Shown: piece after piece, positions 10,614 through 20,013 of the stretch
Layout: each line of letters starts with the position of its first letter
How positions within the stretch are numbered: position 1 is the stretch's first letter
Virus record (IMG/VR): IMGVR_UViG_3300028805_000080
Reading direction: 5' to 3' (one strand)
DNA: 64,000 bases
Source of the DNA: a virus
Lineage: Duplodnaviria; Heunggongvirae; Uroviricota; Caudoviricetes
Made by a program: the position numbers and the translations under genes
The notes under the pieces: model-generated
Database searches by the model: none
What the model saw: only the letters and a program-made list of their open reading frames with translations
Told to the model about the DNA's origin: nothing

Positions 10614-11237
10614 ATGTCGAATTATTGTCATTTTGTCGGTTTTGAAAATTGTAAGTTTTCTGAGCCAAAGCTATTCAAGAATAAATATTGGATATCAGTA
10701 AATTATTTTTTATGTGATAATGATGATCCAAATTTTAGAATGCTTGATTTTTTAGAAAATAAATATGTTCCTGAAGGTTGTAGAATACCAACTAAAGAAG
10801 AATTTGAAGAATTAGTAAACGAATATCCATTTTTTGTAAAGCAAAAAAAAGATTTAATTAAAGGAGAATTTACAGAAAATTATTATGGAAAAGAAAGAAT
10901 ACAGAAATATGAATTGCCCGTATTCACTTTTAGAAATGAACTTGGATTAGAAGTAAGTGTATATACTTATGATGATAGCTGGTCTGGATTTAAATATGGT
11001 CCTATATGTTTTACTAAAGATGGATATGATGAATATATGGATAAATATAATGAGCCAGATAAATATAATGATGAAGGACTTAAATATTGGAATCCAGTAA
11101 AAGATGATAATAAAGCTTGGTATGGACAACAATGTTATGATATAGCATGTAAACAATATTATGAGCATTTTGACTATAGAGTACCACGTTGTATGATTTT
11201 AATAAAAGACCCAAATAAATATGAATTAATTTCATAA
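10614..11237 (+). CDS. Hypothetical protein.
   Basis: ORF only. Confidence 0.35.
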   Translation: MSNYCHFVGFENCKFSEPKLFKNKYWISVNYFLCDNDDPNFRMLDFLENKYVPEGCRIPTKEEFEELVNEYPFFVKQKKDLIKGEFTENYYGKERIQKYELPVFTFRNELGLEVSVYTYDDSWSGFKYGPICFTKDGYDEYMDKYNEPDKYNDEGLKYWNPVKDDNKAWYGQQCYDIACKQYYEHFDYRVPRCMILIKDPNKYELIS

Positions 11238-11251
11238 AATATATACTTTCA

Positions 11252-11300
11252 TATTTGAATTTTTTTAATTGTTTTCTATATTATTATTGTAATTAAAAAA
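11252..11300 (+). promoter_or_regulatory. Conserved promoter-like element 'TTGAAT-N16-TATATT...TTGTAATTAA', copy A of two (the other is at 42936..42985).
   Basis: About 45 nt nearly identical to the sequence upstream of the gene at 42993. It resembles a sigma-70 -35/-10 pair with 16-nt spacing, about 25 nt before the ATG. Coordinates approximate. Confidence 0.45.
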
Positions 11301-11307
11301 TTCAAAT

Positions 11308-12036
11308 ATGAAAGTTATAGGTTTCGCAAACAAGTTCTACACACTCTGGGAAGTTACTGAAGATACAAGAGATCTTGGTAATGGACATAAGTACGTTGTT
11401 ACCCACTTCGCCTATATCAAAAATATTTCCTTCGACAAGGAAACTGCTTTCTCTAAATATCCTGAATTGGATTTTGATGAGAATCTTAGAGGTAAGACTC
11501 AGTCTTGGGATACTGAGAAAGAGATTTGGGATAATGTTGATGTTTTCAGATTTGGCAAATATAAGTATGAGAAAATCGATAATACAGATTTGAACTATCT
11601 TACTTGGTATTGGGATCAGATTTCAGGTGAGCATAAAGCTTATGTTAGTTCAGTTCTTGAAGCTAATGGTTATGAGATTCGTACTTGGGGAGATAACAAT
11701 CAGTATTTAGTTGATCCTGAAACTATTGAGAATGAGAAGAAAGCTATAGAGGCTATGAATGAGATGACTGAGAAGTTGAATAGTTCAGATTCATTCGAGA
11801 TTTGCTTCGATCATAATCCTGATGAAGATGGTTATTGTAGAGTTGATGATATTCTTTATCACTTCCAGGAGGTTAAGGAGAATTGGTACAATGGATTTCC
11901 TTATTATCTTCCAGTTTTGAATGGTAAGTCTAAGAGAATCAAGAACAAGAATATCAATGTAACTAAGTTCAATACTAAAAATCTTGAGAATGATTCATTA
12001 GTAGTAGAGATTTTAGATTTTGAAATTATTAAGTAA
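11308..12036 (+). CDS. Hypothetical protein (242 aa) with a GC-richer codon profile.
   Basis: Strong ORF. Its codon usage differs from its neighbours (C/G-ending codons). Confidence 0.45.
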   Translation: MKVIGFANKFYTLWEVTEDTRDLGNGHKYVVTHFAYIKNISFDKETAFSKYPELDFDENLRGKTQSWDTEKEIWDNVDVFRFGKYKYEKIDNTDLNYLTWYWDQISGEHKAYVSSVLEANGYEIRTWGDNNQYLVDPETIENEKKAIEAMNEMTEKLNSSDSFEICFDHNPDEDGYCRVDDILYHFQEVKENWYNGFPYYLPVLNGKSKRIKNKNINVTKFNTKNLENDSLVVEILDFEIIK

Positions 12037-12238
12037 TATGAAAAGACTAAAAGCAATTTGGAATATATTAACTTGTGATGAATTCTTCTTAGCTTGTTAC
12101 TATAATAATTATAATCCTAATATACAAACAATGGATGAAGTAAAATATATACATCCGAAATTTAGTAAATATTTTGCTGATTGTATTCGAAGATGGATTG
12201 ATGATATATATGATAATTTACCTAAATTTAAAGAATAA
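12020..12238 (+). CDS. Hypothetical small protein.
   Basis: ORF that fills the gap; weak. Confidence 0.25.
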   Translation: MKLLSNMKRLKAIWNILTCDEFFLACYYNNYNPNIQTMDEVKYIHPKFSKYFADCIRRWIDDIYDNLPKFKE

Positions 12239-12240
12239 AT

Positions 12241-12873
12241 ATGAATAAAGAAACAACTTTTTATGTAAATTCGGCAATTGACTTTTCAGAAAATGGTAGT
12301 TATTCACTTATTGATAAATCATTGGAAAATAAAGCAATGATTGTAATTACAGATGAAAAGGTAAAAGTTTATTTTGAAAGTGGTGCTCCAGAAATGGATT
12401 TTGGAAAAGATTATGAGTATTGCATGAAATTCATCAAAGATAATGAATTGACAATGGTAAAACTCATGAGTGGTGATAAGCGTTGGCATGAATATAATCC
12501 AAATCCAAAGGAGCGTAATATTGGTGATTGTACACTTCGTTCTTATTGTGCAGCATTTGGAATTTCTTGGGATAAGGCATTTGATATTGCTTCAAAAGTT
12601 GCAAAAGAAAATTCTTCAATGATTCAATATGTTGCCGATAAAGTACTTACTGAAGAGTTTAATTGTGTTATTGATGAAAAATATAATAAAAAGACAGTTA
12701 AGTCTAAAGATCGTATTAAAGTAAATGAATTTGCTCTTTCACATCCTTATGGTACTTATATTCTTCATGTACCTAAGCATCAAGTAACAGTTATTAATGG
12801 TGAATATTGGGATAGCTGGGATAGTGGAGACAAGAAAATTGATACAGTTTATATTGTTCCTAAAAAGAAATAA
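12241..12873 (+). CDS. Hypothetical protein with a 'GDCTLRSYCAAFG' Cys motif (cysteine-peptidase-like?).
   Basis: ORF only; the motif is suggestive at best. Confidence 0.4.
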   Translation: MNKETTFYVNSAIDFSENGSYSLIDKSLENKAMIVITDEKVKVYFESGAPEMDFGKDYEYCMKFIKDNELTMVKLMSGDKRWHEYNPNPKERNIGDCTLRSYCAAFGISWDKAFDIASKVAKENSSMIQYVADKVLTEEFNCVIDEKYNKKTVKSKDRIKVNEFALSHPYGTYILHVPKHQVTVINGEYWDSWDSGDKKIDTVYIVPKKK

Positions 12874-12875
12874 TT

Positions 12876-13151
12876 ATGATTAATCATGAAACATTAGGAG
12901 CACATATAAGAAATATTCTTAGTCCTTATGCTAATATAATTCAGATTCTCGAAGAGTTACATTCTGAAAAGACAGATGAAAAGACTAAGGAATTAATCAA
13001 GAATTATCTTCTTAATGAAATCAATCCATTTGATCTTAAGAAAAATCTAGATCATTTTATTGATGTTTCAAATCTAAAAGAAGTAGAATCAATTAATTGG
13101 AGAGCTACAGAACTTTGTGAAAGATATTATAAAGAAATTGAGAATAGTTAA
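12876..13151 (+). CDS. Hypothetical protein.
   Basis: ORF only. Confidence 0.35.
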   Translation: MINHETLGAHIRNILSPYANIIQILEELHSEKTDEKTKELIKNYLLNEINPFDLKKNLDHFIDVSNLKEVESINWRATELCERYYKEIENS

Positions 13152-13179
13152 CATAAGTAATTTTAAAATTTAAAAAGAA

Positions 13180-14031
13180 ATGCGAAAATTTATTAATTGG
13201 ATGTTTGCACTTGTATGTGCATTTGTATTGACAACAGGATTGTCTAGTTGTATTGGTTGTACAACAGTTGATTCTGGTGAAGTAGGTATTAAGTTCCATA
13301 AGTGGTCTACTGATGAGACAAGCTATGGTGGTGTTGAAGGTACAGTTAAAGGTTGGGTATTCTATAATCCATTCTCAACCGATGTATTTACTTATCCAGT
13401 AAATGTTCAACGTAAGAATTATGAGGCTTTTACAGTAAATGCAAAGGATGCTTCAACATTTACTATGGATCCTATGATTGCTTATCATATCAATCCTGAC
13501 AAGGCATGTGATATTTTCGTGAAGTATCGTAAGCCAATTGAGGAGATTGAGAATGGCTATATTAGGACTTGTATTTATGAAGCTTATCGAACATGTGCTA
13601 ATAAGTATACATCTGATAGTTTGATGTCTAATCGAGAAAGATTTGAAGCAGATGTACGTACACGTCTAGAGAAGTCACTTGCAAATGAAGGATTTATTGT
13701 AGATGAGTTTACTTCAGCTATTAAGCCACCACAATCATTGAGTGATATGATTGATGCAAAGAATAAGGCGGTACAAGCAGCATTGAAAGCCGAGAATGAG
13801 GTAAAGGAAGCAGAAGCTAATGCAAAGATTAATGTTGCCAAGGCTAAAGGTAATGCAGAAGCTACAAAGATTAAGGCAGATGCTGAAGCTTATTACAATC
13901 GAACAATTGCAGCTTCACTTAGTCCTTTGATTGTACAAGAGGATTGGATTGAGAAGTGGGATGGTACTCTTCCTCAAACAGTTACTGGTGGAGCTTCAGG
14001 TACAATGTTAATGATAGGAGCAAATAAGTAA
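13180..14031 (+). CDS. SPFH/band-7 (prohibitin-like) domain lipoprotein.
   Basis: Signal peptide with lipobox 'LSSC'. 'GEVGIKFHKW...' SPFH-like core. Ala/Lys/Glu-rich C-terminal helix. Confidence 0.6.
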   Translation: MRKFINWMFALVCAFVLTTGLSSCIGCTTVDSGEVGIKFHKWSTDETSYGGVEGTVKGWVFYNPFSTDVFTYPVNVQRKNYEAFTVNAKDASTFTMDPMIAYHINPDKACDIFVKYRKPIEEIENGYIRTCIYEAYRTCANKYTSDSLMSNRERFEADVRTRLEKSLANEGFIVDEFTSAIKPPQSLSDMIDAKNKAVQAALKAENEVKEAEANAKINVAKAKGNAEATKIKADAEAYYNRTIAASLSPLIVQEDWIEKWDGTLPQTVTGGASGTMLMIGANK

Positions 14032-14270
14032 TGAATATAGGAATTATCATAGGGCTAGTGACAGTTGTCTTAGCCCTAATTTTAAATTATCTTATCCTCT
14101 TTAAATTTGAGGATTATGGAAAGAAAGTAAAGCATTTTACAATAACATATTATTGGACTTGGTTTATTTCATTAGTTCCATTTGTTGGATTTATATGGAT
14201 GATAGTTTGGTTTATTTGTTATTGTGCAGCTGGATTTAAATGTACATCTAAACTTTTTGAAGAGAAATAA
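14031..14270 (+). CDS. Small two-TM membrane protein coupled to the SPFH gene.
   Basis: Its start overlaps the upstream stop. Hydrophobic helices. Confidence 0.4.
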   Translation: MNIGIIIGLVTVVLALILNYLILFKFEDYGKKVKHFTITYYWTWFISLVPFVGFIWMIVWFICYCAAGFKCTSKLFEEK

Positions 14271-14324
14271 ATATTATAAAGTGACTATATTAATTAAAAT
14301 ATATGGTCACTTTATTTTTGCATA

Positions 14325-16301
14325 ATGTCTGAATATAATAAAGAAGGAATAACTGATAATATAAATAATTGGGTAACATTTAATTTAGAAGGTTTTGAGT
14401 TTAGAAAATATCAATTAGAGACAATTGTTGATATTATATATAATATTTTAAATCCAGATACTGAAAACACTAATGGGTGTCAGATTATTGAAGCTCCTAC
14501 TGGTAGTGGTAAGTCAATTATAAATATTATTTCTGCTTGTGTATTAGCAGAATGTTATGGATTACGTTCATATATATTAGCAAGTGATCTTTATCTTTGG
14601 CAACAATATTATGATTTTATTCAAGCAAATATGATATTAAGAGAAAAGATTGGTTGTCTTAAAGGTAAAGTTGGAAATTATAAATGTAGAAGAAATAATG
14701 AAGATTTATCAGCTGCCGAATGTAAGATGGCTGGTTTATCATGGGCTTCATTATATAGTATAGATACTGCGAAAAAACATGGATTTGATTGTGCAAAGAA
14801 TTGCAAGTATATCAAAGAACGTAAACATGCATTAAAGACACAAGTTACATTAATGACTTATCAATTATATTCGTTAATAGTTGATGGAAATAATGAAGAT
14901 GATAAAGTACCTGTATTTGATGTGAGAGATGTGATATTTTGTGATGAGTGTCATAATATACCAAATATTGTACAAATGCAAATGTCTCCTACAATAAGGT
15001 ATTCAGATGCTAATCATGTATTCAATATATATAATTATGCAAATAGTAATGGACTAGACTTATTTGATGATGTAAAAGACAAGATAATTGACCAAATTCT
15101 TCTAGATAAATATCCTACTTTTGACAAATTAAGAGAAGATTGGGAAAATATTTGGAGCGTTGCATCTAACTATAGAAATGATAATGACACTGATTATAGT
15201 AATATTCTACAAATATTAAGATATTTTACACAATTTGAAGTTACTATCAATCAAATTTGTGATGATATAATGAAACGAATAAAAGATAATTCTATTGTCA
15301 CAAAACAAGATATGGATATTTATAAAGAATGTGATCATGTATTGAAATATTTAGGTCCATTGTATCAATTTACAAATATTATCAGTATGACTGGTAAGAA
15401 ATATTTTGTAAAGCAAATAAATATAAAAGAAGAAGAAATATCTAATATCGAATATCATTGTGCCAAAGAAGACTTTTTAGTATATTTGACTATATTGATA
15501 AAGACTAGATTTAAAGTAATGGTAAGTGCTACTGTAGGAGATCAAGAGTCTTATGAAGATAGTATTGGAATAAAATACTTTGGGATGAGAGTAAAAGGTC
15601 TACCTATAAAAGAATTATCTAAAGAAATAACAACAAATTCATTAGAAGAAAATATATTAGAAGGAGCAGAAACTATATTTGATGAGTCTTCAATATATAA
15701 TAGAATTCCTTCTACATTTGATTTCTCAAAATCTCCTATACATTTCTATAATAGATATAAGATGAGTTTTAGAGACCAAGAACAATCTATACATAATCTC
15801 AAACCAATTATATATAAGATATTAGAACAACAACTTAAGAATCAACGAGGAATTATACAAACAGGATCTTATAAGATTGCCCAAGATATTATTAAAGATG
15901 CTCCTCCAAATATTAAGAAAAGATTTTTATATTATAATGGATCTCACGAAAAAATAAGTAATGTAACAATACATAAGATGAGTATTGATACTATTCTTAT
16001 TGGACCAACTCTTAATGAAGGTATTGATTTACCTGGTGATCAATGTAGATTTATATTTATTCTTAAAGTTCCTTATCCACAAATTAAAGATAGATTAGTT
16101 GATGCTAAAATGAAATTATTTCCTACTTGGTATAATTATACTACTTCTAATTTGATTATACAAGGAATAGGAAGAGGTAATCGTTTTAAAGATGATTGGT
16201 GCATAACTTATATATTTGATGCATGTTTTTATAATTTATTTTTAGCAACTAAAGAGCAATATCCTAAAGAATTACAAGAAAGACTAAAAATATATAATTA
16301 A
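14325..16301 (+). CDS. Rad3/XPD/DinG-family SF2 helicase with a 4-Cys FeS-cluster insert.
   Basis: Walker A 'APTGSGKS' and DEAH 'FCDECHN'. Four Cys (CLKG...C...C...C) between motifs I and II. C-terminal 'LIGPTLNEGIDLPGDQCRFIFILKVPYP'. Confidence 0.65.
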   Translation: MSEYNKEGITDNINNWVTFNLEGFEFRKYQLETIVDIIYNILNPDTENTNGCQIIEAPTGSGKSIINIISACVLAECYGLRSYILASDLYLWQQYYDFIQANMILREKIGCLKGKVGNYKCRRNNEDLSAAECKMAGLSWASLYSIDTAKKHGFDCAKNCKYIKERKHALKTQVTLMTYQLYSLIVDGNNEDDKVPVFDVRDVIFCDECHNIPNIVQMQMSPTIRYSDANHVFNIYNYANSNGLDLFDDVKDKIIDQILLDKYPTFDKLREDWENIWSVASNYRNDNDTDYSNILQILRYFTQFEVTINQICDDIMKRIKDNSIVTKQDMDIYKECDHVLKYLGPLYQFTNIISMTGKKYFVKQINIKEEEISNIEYHCAKEDFLVYLTILIKTRFKVMVSATVGDQESYEDSIGIKYFGMRVKGLPIKELSKEITTNSLEENILEGAETIFDESSIYNRIPSTFDFSKSPIHFYNRYKMSFRDQEQSIHNLKPIIYKILEQQLKNQRGIIQTGSYKIAQDIIKDAPPNIKKRFLYYNGSHEKISNVTIHKMSIDTILIGPTLNEGIDLPGDQCRFIFILKVPYPQIKDRLVDAKMKLFPTWYNYTTSNLIIQGIGRGNRFKDDWCITYIFDACFYNLFLATKEQYPKELQERLKIYN

Positions 16302-16313
16302 TATTTAACTATT

Positions 16314-16547
16314 ATGAAAGATAAAGAATATTTGTCAAGGATAACTGTAGAAAACAACGAAATGAATGAAAAGAAAGTTGTTTGGGAAATTCCTTATAAT
16401 GATGCAAATCTAGATGATTGGCTTCAAGGATTCTTAACTTGTATGGTTGGTATTACTTTTAATGAAAAACAAGTTTTACGTGGTATGAAAGAATTTGCGG
16501 AAGAAAGATTATCCGATGAAAATTCTGGTGATTATTTATTTGAATAA
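16314..16547 (+). CDS. Hypothetical protein.
   Basis: ORF only. Confidence 0.3.
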   Translation: MKDKEYLSRITVENNEMNEKKVVWEIPYNDANLDDWLQGFLTCMVGITFNEKQVLRGMKEFAEERLSDENSGDYLFE

Positions 16548-16763
16548 TTCTTATTACAAGATCTATATTTAAAATATAAATGTTTAACATATTTTTTAAT
16601 TACGTAATTTTAATGGTTTAAACCTTTAGTTAAACATTAGGATGCTGGAAATCCTTCAAACCAGTGAGAAGATTTTAGAAGATAGAAGATGGTAGGTGTA
16701 ACCAGTTCGAGAGAATAGGTTACACTTTTATTAAAGAAACATATTAATTAAAAACAATATATT

Positions 16764-17645
16764 ATGAGACAAATTGATACAATATTTTTTGGAAATAATG
16801 GTTTGACAAGTACTTCAGCTAATTATATTGCTAATAAAGCTAAAGAATATATTAAAGAAATTGAATTAAGATTATCTAAATTGAATTTTGTAAGTGAAGC
16901 AGTTTGTTTGAATAATGAAGAAACAGGAACAATTATAAAAATTGGAAATACAAAAGAAGAATTACAAAATATTGTAGATACCGATATTAATAAGATTGGA
17001 GATATAAAGTCTTTAATTGCTTGGTTAAGAGAAGCTATTAAAGCAAAAGAGCATAATTCTATATATATTTCTTCAATTTATACTTATAATGATTTCAAGA
17101 AAGAAAATAATATTGAAGAGAAAGCGCCACAAAAAGAGACTATACCAACTGAAGAAGATATTATTTTTTCTTGGGATATAGAGAAACGAAAGAAATATTA
17201 TGATTTAGAAGCTAGATGTGCTGTTATTGGCCAATTGATTCATAATAATGGTCCTTTAGTAAAAGCAAGAGAAGATCTTATTAATGTTGAAAAAACTCCA
17301 AATATTGTAGATACTTCAAAAGAACAAATTATAGTATATAGAAAAACTCCTACTATAGATATTGAAGATTTATCTAATATTATTATGAATCTTCAAAATC
17401 AACATCGTAAACTTCAATCTGAATTAAATAGAATGAAACATGAGATTGATATCAAGATTAATCAAATGACTAATGAGATTAATAAGAAGTATAATCAAGA
17501 ATTAAATGAGTATAATCAATCTTATAAAGCTAACTATTCTAGATATTCAGAAGAATTGATTAAAAAACAAAATGAATTATTTAATGCAAAGATTATCATA
17601 CCAGAGTCTTTGAAAGAAATATATGAGTTTATCAATAAACTTTAA
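16764..17645 (+). CDS. Hypothetical coiled-coil protein.
   Basis: Q/N/K/E-rich C-terminal half. Confidence 0.35.
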   Translation: MRQIDTIFFGNNGLTSTSANYIANKAKEYIKEIELRLSKLNFVSEAVCLNNEETGTIIKIGNTKEELQNIVDTDINKIGDIKSLIAWLREAIKAKEHNSIYISSIYTYNDFKKENNIEEKAPQKETIPTEEDIIFSWDIEKRKKYYDLEARCAVIGQLIHNNGPLVKAREDLINVEKTPNIVDTSKEQIIVYRKTPTIDIEDLSNIIMNLQNQHRKLQSELNRMKHEIDIKINQMTNEINKKYNQELNEYNQSYKANYSRYSEELIKKQNELFNAKIIIPESLKEIYEFINKL

Positions 17646-18010
17646 AATCCAAACAATATTGTAAGTAAAATAATTATAAAGATTACTGGAGATTATTTGT
17701 ATATATGAATAAAATTTAATGCATTTTCATGCTATATTTAAATGGTATCGAAAACCATTTAGCCATAATATAGACTGATAAACTATATTTAGGCTTTGTC
17801 TGAACATTTATCTGACTCATATTATAAATTTTATTATTTAATCTTTTGTTACATTTGTAAAGTAATATTAGTGAATATGAAATACATTAAATAGTTTCAT
17901 TAGATGATTTTGATTTTGCTTTTGGATAATATGAGGTTTTTGATCTTATTCTTGTTCATTGTAAATTTTATTCATATAACTTACATATTGTTTTCTATTA
18001 TATATTCTTT

Positions 18011-18044
18011 AGCCTTATTGCTTTATTAGTGATAAGGCTTTTTT
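18011..18044 (+). terminator. Rho-independent terminator-like hairpin agccttat..ataaggct followed by TTTTT.
   Basis: 8-bp stem plus a T-run. It lies inside the 463-nt non-coding gap. Coordinates approximate. Confidence 0.4.
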
Positions 18045-18108
18045 GTTTTAAATATTGAATATATTAAAAAAAGTACTATATTTAATAAGTAAATTTAATT
18101 AAATTTTT

Positions 18109-18585
18109 ATGAAACATAAAGATATTATAACTCCACTTTCTAAATTTCCAACAGAGGTAATATTACATTTTTACCGTAAGAATCGTTTGTGCTCTACAGA
18201 TCGTTATAAATTTCATCGTCATTATAATCATAAAACACATAAAGAAGAATATTGGATTCCTTTTTATGGACCATTTGAGAAAGATGGATTTAAATGTGAA
18301 AGTATGATCATTGGCTTTCGTAAATCAACTGGTGAAGAATGTCATAAATTATTTACTGAAATCAAATGTAAGAATGATAAATACTGGGATGAAGATGGAT
18401 ATTACTATGGCTATAATGAATGGCATTATGGAGATAAAATGAAATTTAAATTTGATGGAATGTTCTGGGAAGGAACAATCAAAGAAATCAAAGATGAATT
18501 AAATAAACGAGAACATGTAGGAATATTCAACAAGAAAGATTATCGTAAATGGTTAATTAATTATAGGAAAACCAATAAAAAATAA
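18109..18585 (+). CDS. Hypothetical protein.
   Basis: ORF only. Confidence 0.35.
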   Translation: MKHKDIITPLSKFPTEVILHFYRKNRLCSTDRYKFHRHYNHKTHKEEYWIPFYGPFEKDGFKCESMIIGFRKSTGEECHKLFTEIKCKNDKYWDEDGYYYGYNEWHYGDKMKFKFDGMFWEGTIKEIKDELNKREHVGIFNKKDYRKWLINYRKTNKK

Positions 18586-18590
18586 TATTT

Positions 18591-18869
18591 ATGCTCAATA
18601 AGTTTATTTATAATTATCCTGATAGTAATAAAGAACAGAAAATTGTTATATTTGGTGTTAAAGGAGATATAATGATTTGTAAATGGTGGCCAAGTATTAG
18701 ACAATGGGTAGATGCAAAATATGAACAAGGAAATTGTCCTTATGGAACAATCTCATATCTTGAATGTGATGCAAGTATAAGTCAAGGAATTGTACGTTGG
18801 TGCTATTATTCAGATTTTTTAAGATTTATGAATATCCAACAAATTTTAAATATTAAAGAAGAAACATAA
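18591..18869 (+). CDS. Hypothetical protein.
   Basis: ORF only. Confidence 0.3.
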   Translation: MLNKFIYNYPDSNKEQKIVIFGVKGDIMICKWWPSIRQWVDAKYEQGNCPYGTISYLECDASISQGIVRWCYYSDFLRFMNIQQILNIKEET

Positions 18870-18874
18870 AATAT

Positions 18875-19090
18875 ATGATAGGAAAACCAAAATATAAAAT
18901 AGGTGATAAAGTTCAATTTTTCCTTAAAGGAGAAGGAACTTTTAGTGGTGAAGTATTTATAGTTGATAAATATGGTACTTTTGAAGATTCTAGTGATGTA
19001 TCTTATGATATTATGGTAGATAATTATGGCCCAAAAAAAGAACAATGTCTTTTTAAACATATTACAGAATCATTAGTAACATTACAATAA
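18875..19090 (+). CDS. Hypothetical protein.
   Basis: ORF only. Confidence 0.3.
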   Translation: MIGKPKYKIGDKVQFFLKGEGTFSGEVFIVDKYGTFEDSSDVSYDIMVDNYGPKKEQCLFKHITESLVTLQ

Positions 19091-19092
19091 TT

Positions 19093-19296
19093 ATGAAAGT
19101 AACTATAAATGATGGTAAAATTAGAGAGTATGATGTAAATGTAAAACTTGAACATAAGATATATTCTCAAATTTATACTATATTATTAGATTTGAAAAAT
19201 AATAAAAAGTATTTAGATATTCATTTAAAGAATATTGATATTAATAAATTATGTGATGCTTTTTGGAATAATAAAGATAAAGATATAATTGATTAA
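19093..19296 (+). CDS. Hypothetical protein.
   Basis: ORF only. Confidence 0.3.
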   Translation: MKVTINDGKIREYDVNVKLEHKIYSQIYTILLDLKNNKKYLDIHLKNIDINKLCDAFWNNKDKDIID

Positions 19297-19298
19297 AT

Positions 19299-19517
19299 AT
19301 GGATAAGATATTTCACAATTCATCAGAAACACCAATTGCTGGTAGTTATTATTATCTTATAAGAAAATTTGGAAGATATGGTAGAATAATTGGTGAAGGA
19401 GAATGGGAAGAAGATAATGAATGTTTTTATGACAATGATAATGACAGAACTTATCATTTAAGTGAGATTGATTATTATATGGAATTACCAGAACAAGATC
19501 AATTAGATAATTTATGA
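19299..19517 (+). CDS. Hypothetical protein.
   Basis: ORF only. Confidence 0.3.
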   Translation: MDKIFHNSSETPIAGSYYYLIRKFGRYGRIIGEGEWEEDNECFYDNDNDRTYHLSEIDYYMELPEQDQLDNL

Positions 19518-19687
19518 AAAGTTATTTAGTTTTAAGATATATTAGTTTTATATTTATTATTGGATCTATAATTATATATTCAATTATAAATAATCATGAA
19601 ATAAGATTTGGTTGTATTATGTTTACTATATTAGGAATATATGCACTAATCAATTCAAAAATAAATAAACATAGATTTTATAAATGA
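19514..19687 (+). CDS. Small 57-aa membrane protein 'MKSYLVLRYISFIFIIGSIIIYS...', missed by the ORF-length cutoff.
   Basis: ATGA overlap with the upstream stop and ATGA overlap with the downstream start. Length is in frame. Two hydrophobic segments. Confidence 0.45.
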   Translation: MKSYLVLRYISFIFIIGSIIIYSIINNHEIRFGCIMFTILGIYALINSKINKHRFYK

Positions 19688-20013
19688 ATAAAAAGAAAAT
19701 TTATATTAGTTTACCTATTGCATTTCAAGAAGATACTGTATATCAACGTAATAATGATGCAAAATCTTATTTGAAGACCAATTTTAGAAAATATGAATGG
19801 ATTTCACCTATAGATAATAATCATATTGACGATGAAGCATTAGGTAATCACTTAGCAATTGAGAGAACTGCTTACTACATGGGAAAAGATATTGAGCAAG
19901 TAATTCTTTGTGATGCAATATTGATGTGTCCTGGTTGGGAAAACTCTAAAGGTTGTAAAGTTGAGAAATTCACCGCTGAGACTTATGGAAAAGAAGTATT
20001 ATATATGAAATGA
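19684..20013 (+). CDS. DUF4406-like / nucleoside 2-deoxyribosyltransferase-like protein (paralog 1).
   Basis: 'KIYISLP...CDAILMCPGWENSKGCKVE...GKEV' pattern. Confidence 0.5.
   Translation: MNKKKIYISLPIAFQEDTVYQRNNDAKSYLKTNFRKYEWISPIDNNHIDDEALGNHLAIERTAYYMGKDIEQVILCDAILMCPGWENSKGCKVEKFTAETYGKEVLYMK

Noticed and set aside
16548-16763. Possible tRNA gene in the structured intergenic region ('ccagttcgagag' looks vaguely T-loop-like).
   Set aside because: No acceptor/D/anticodon/T cloverleaf can be drawn. The hairpin loop is 14 nt rather than a 7-nt T-loop. No GTTCGAATCC-type box was seen anywhere in the window.
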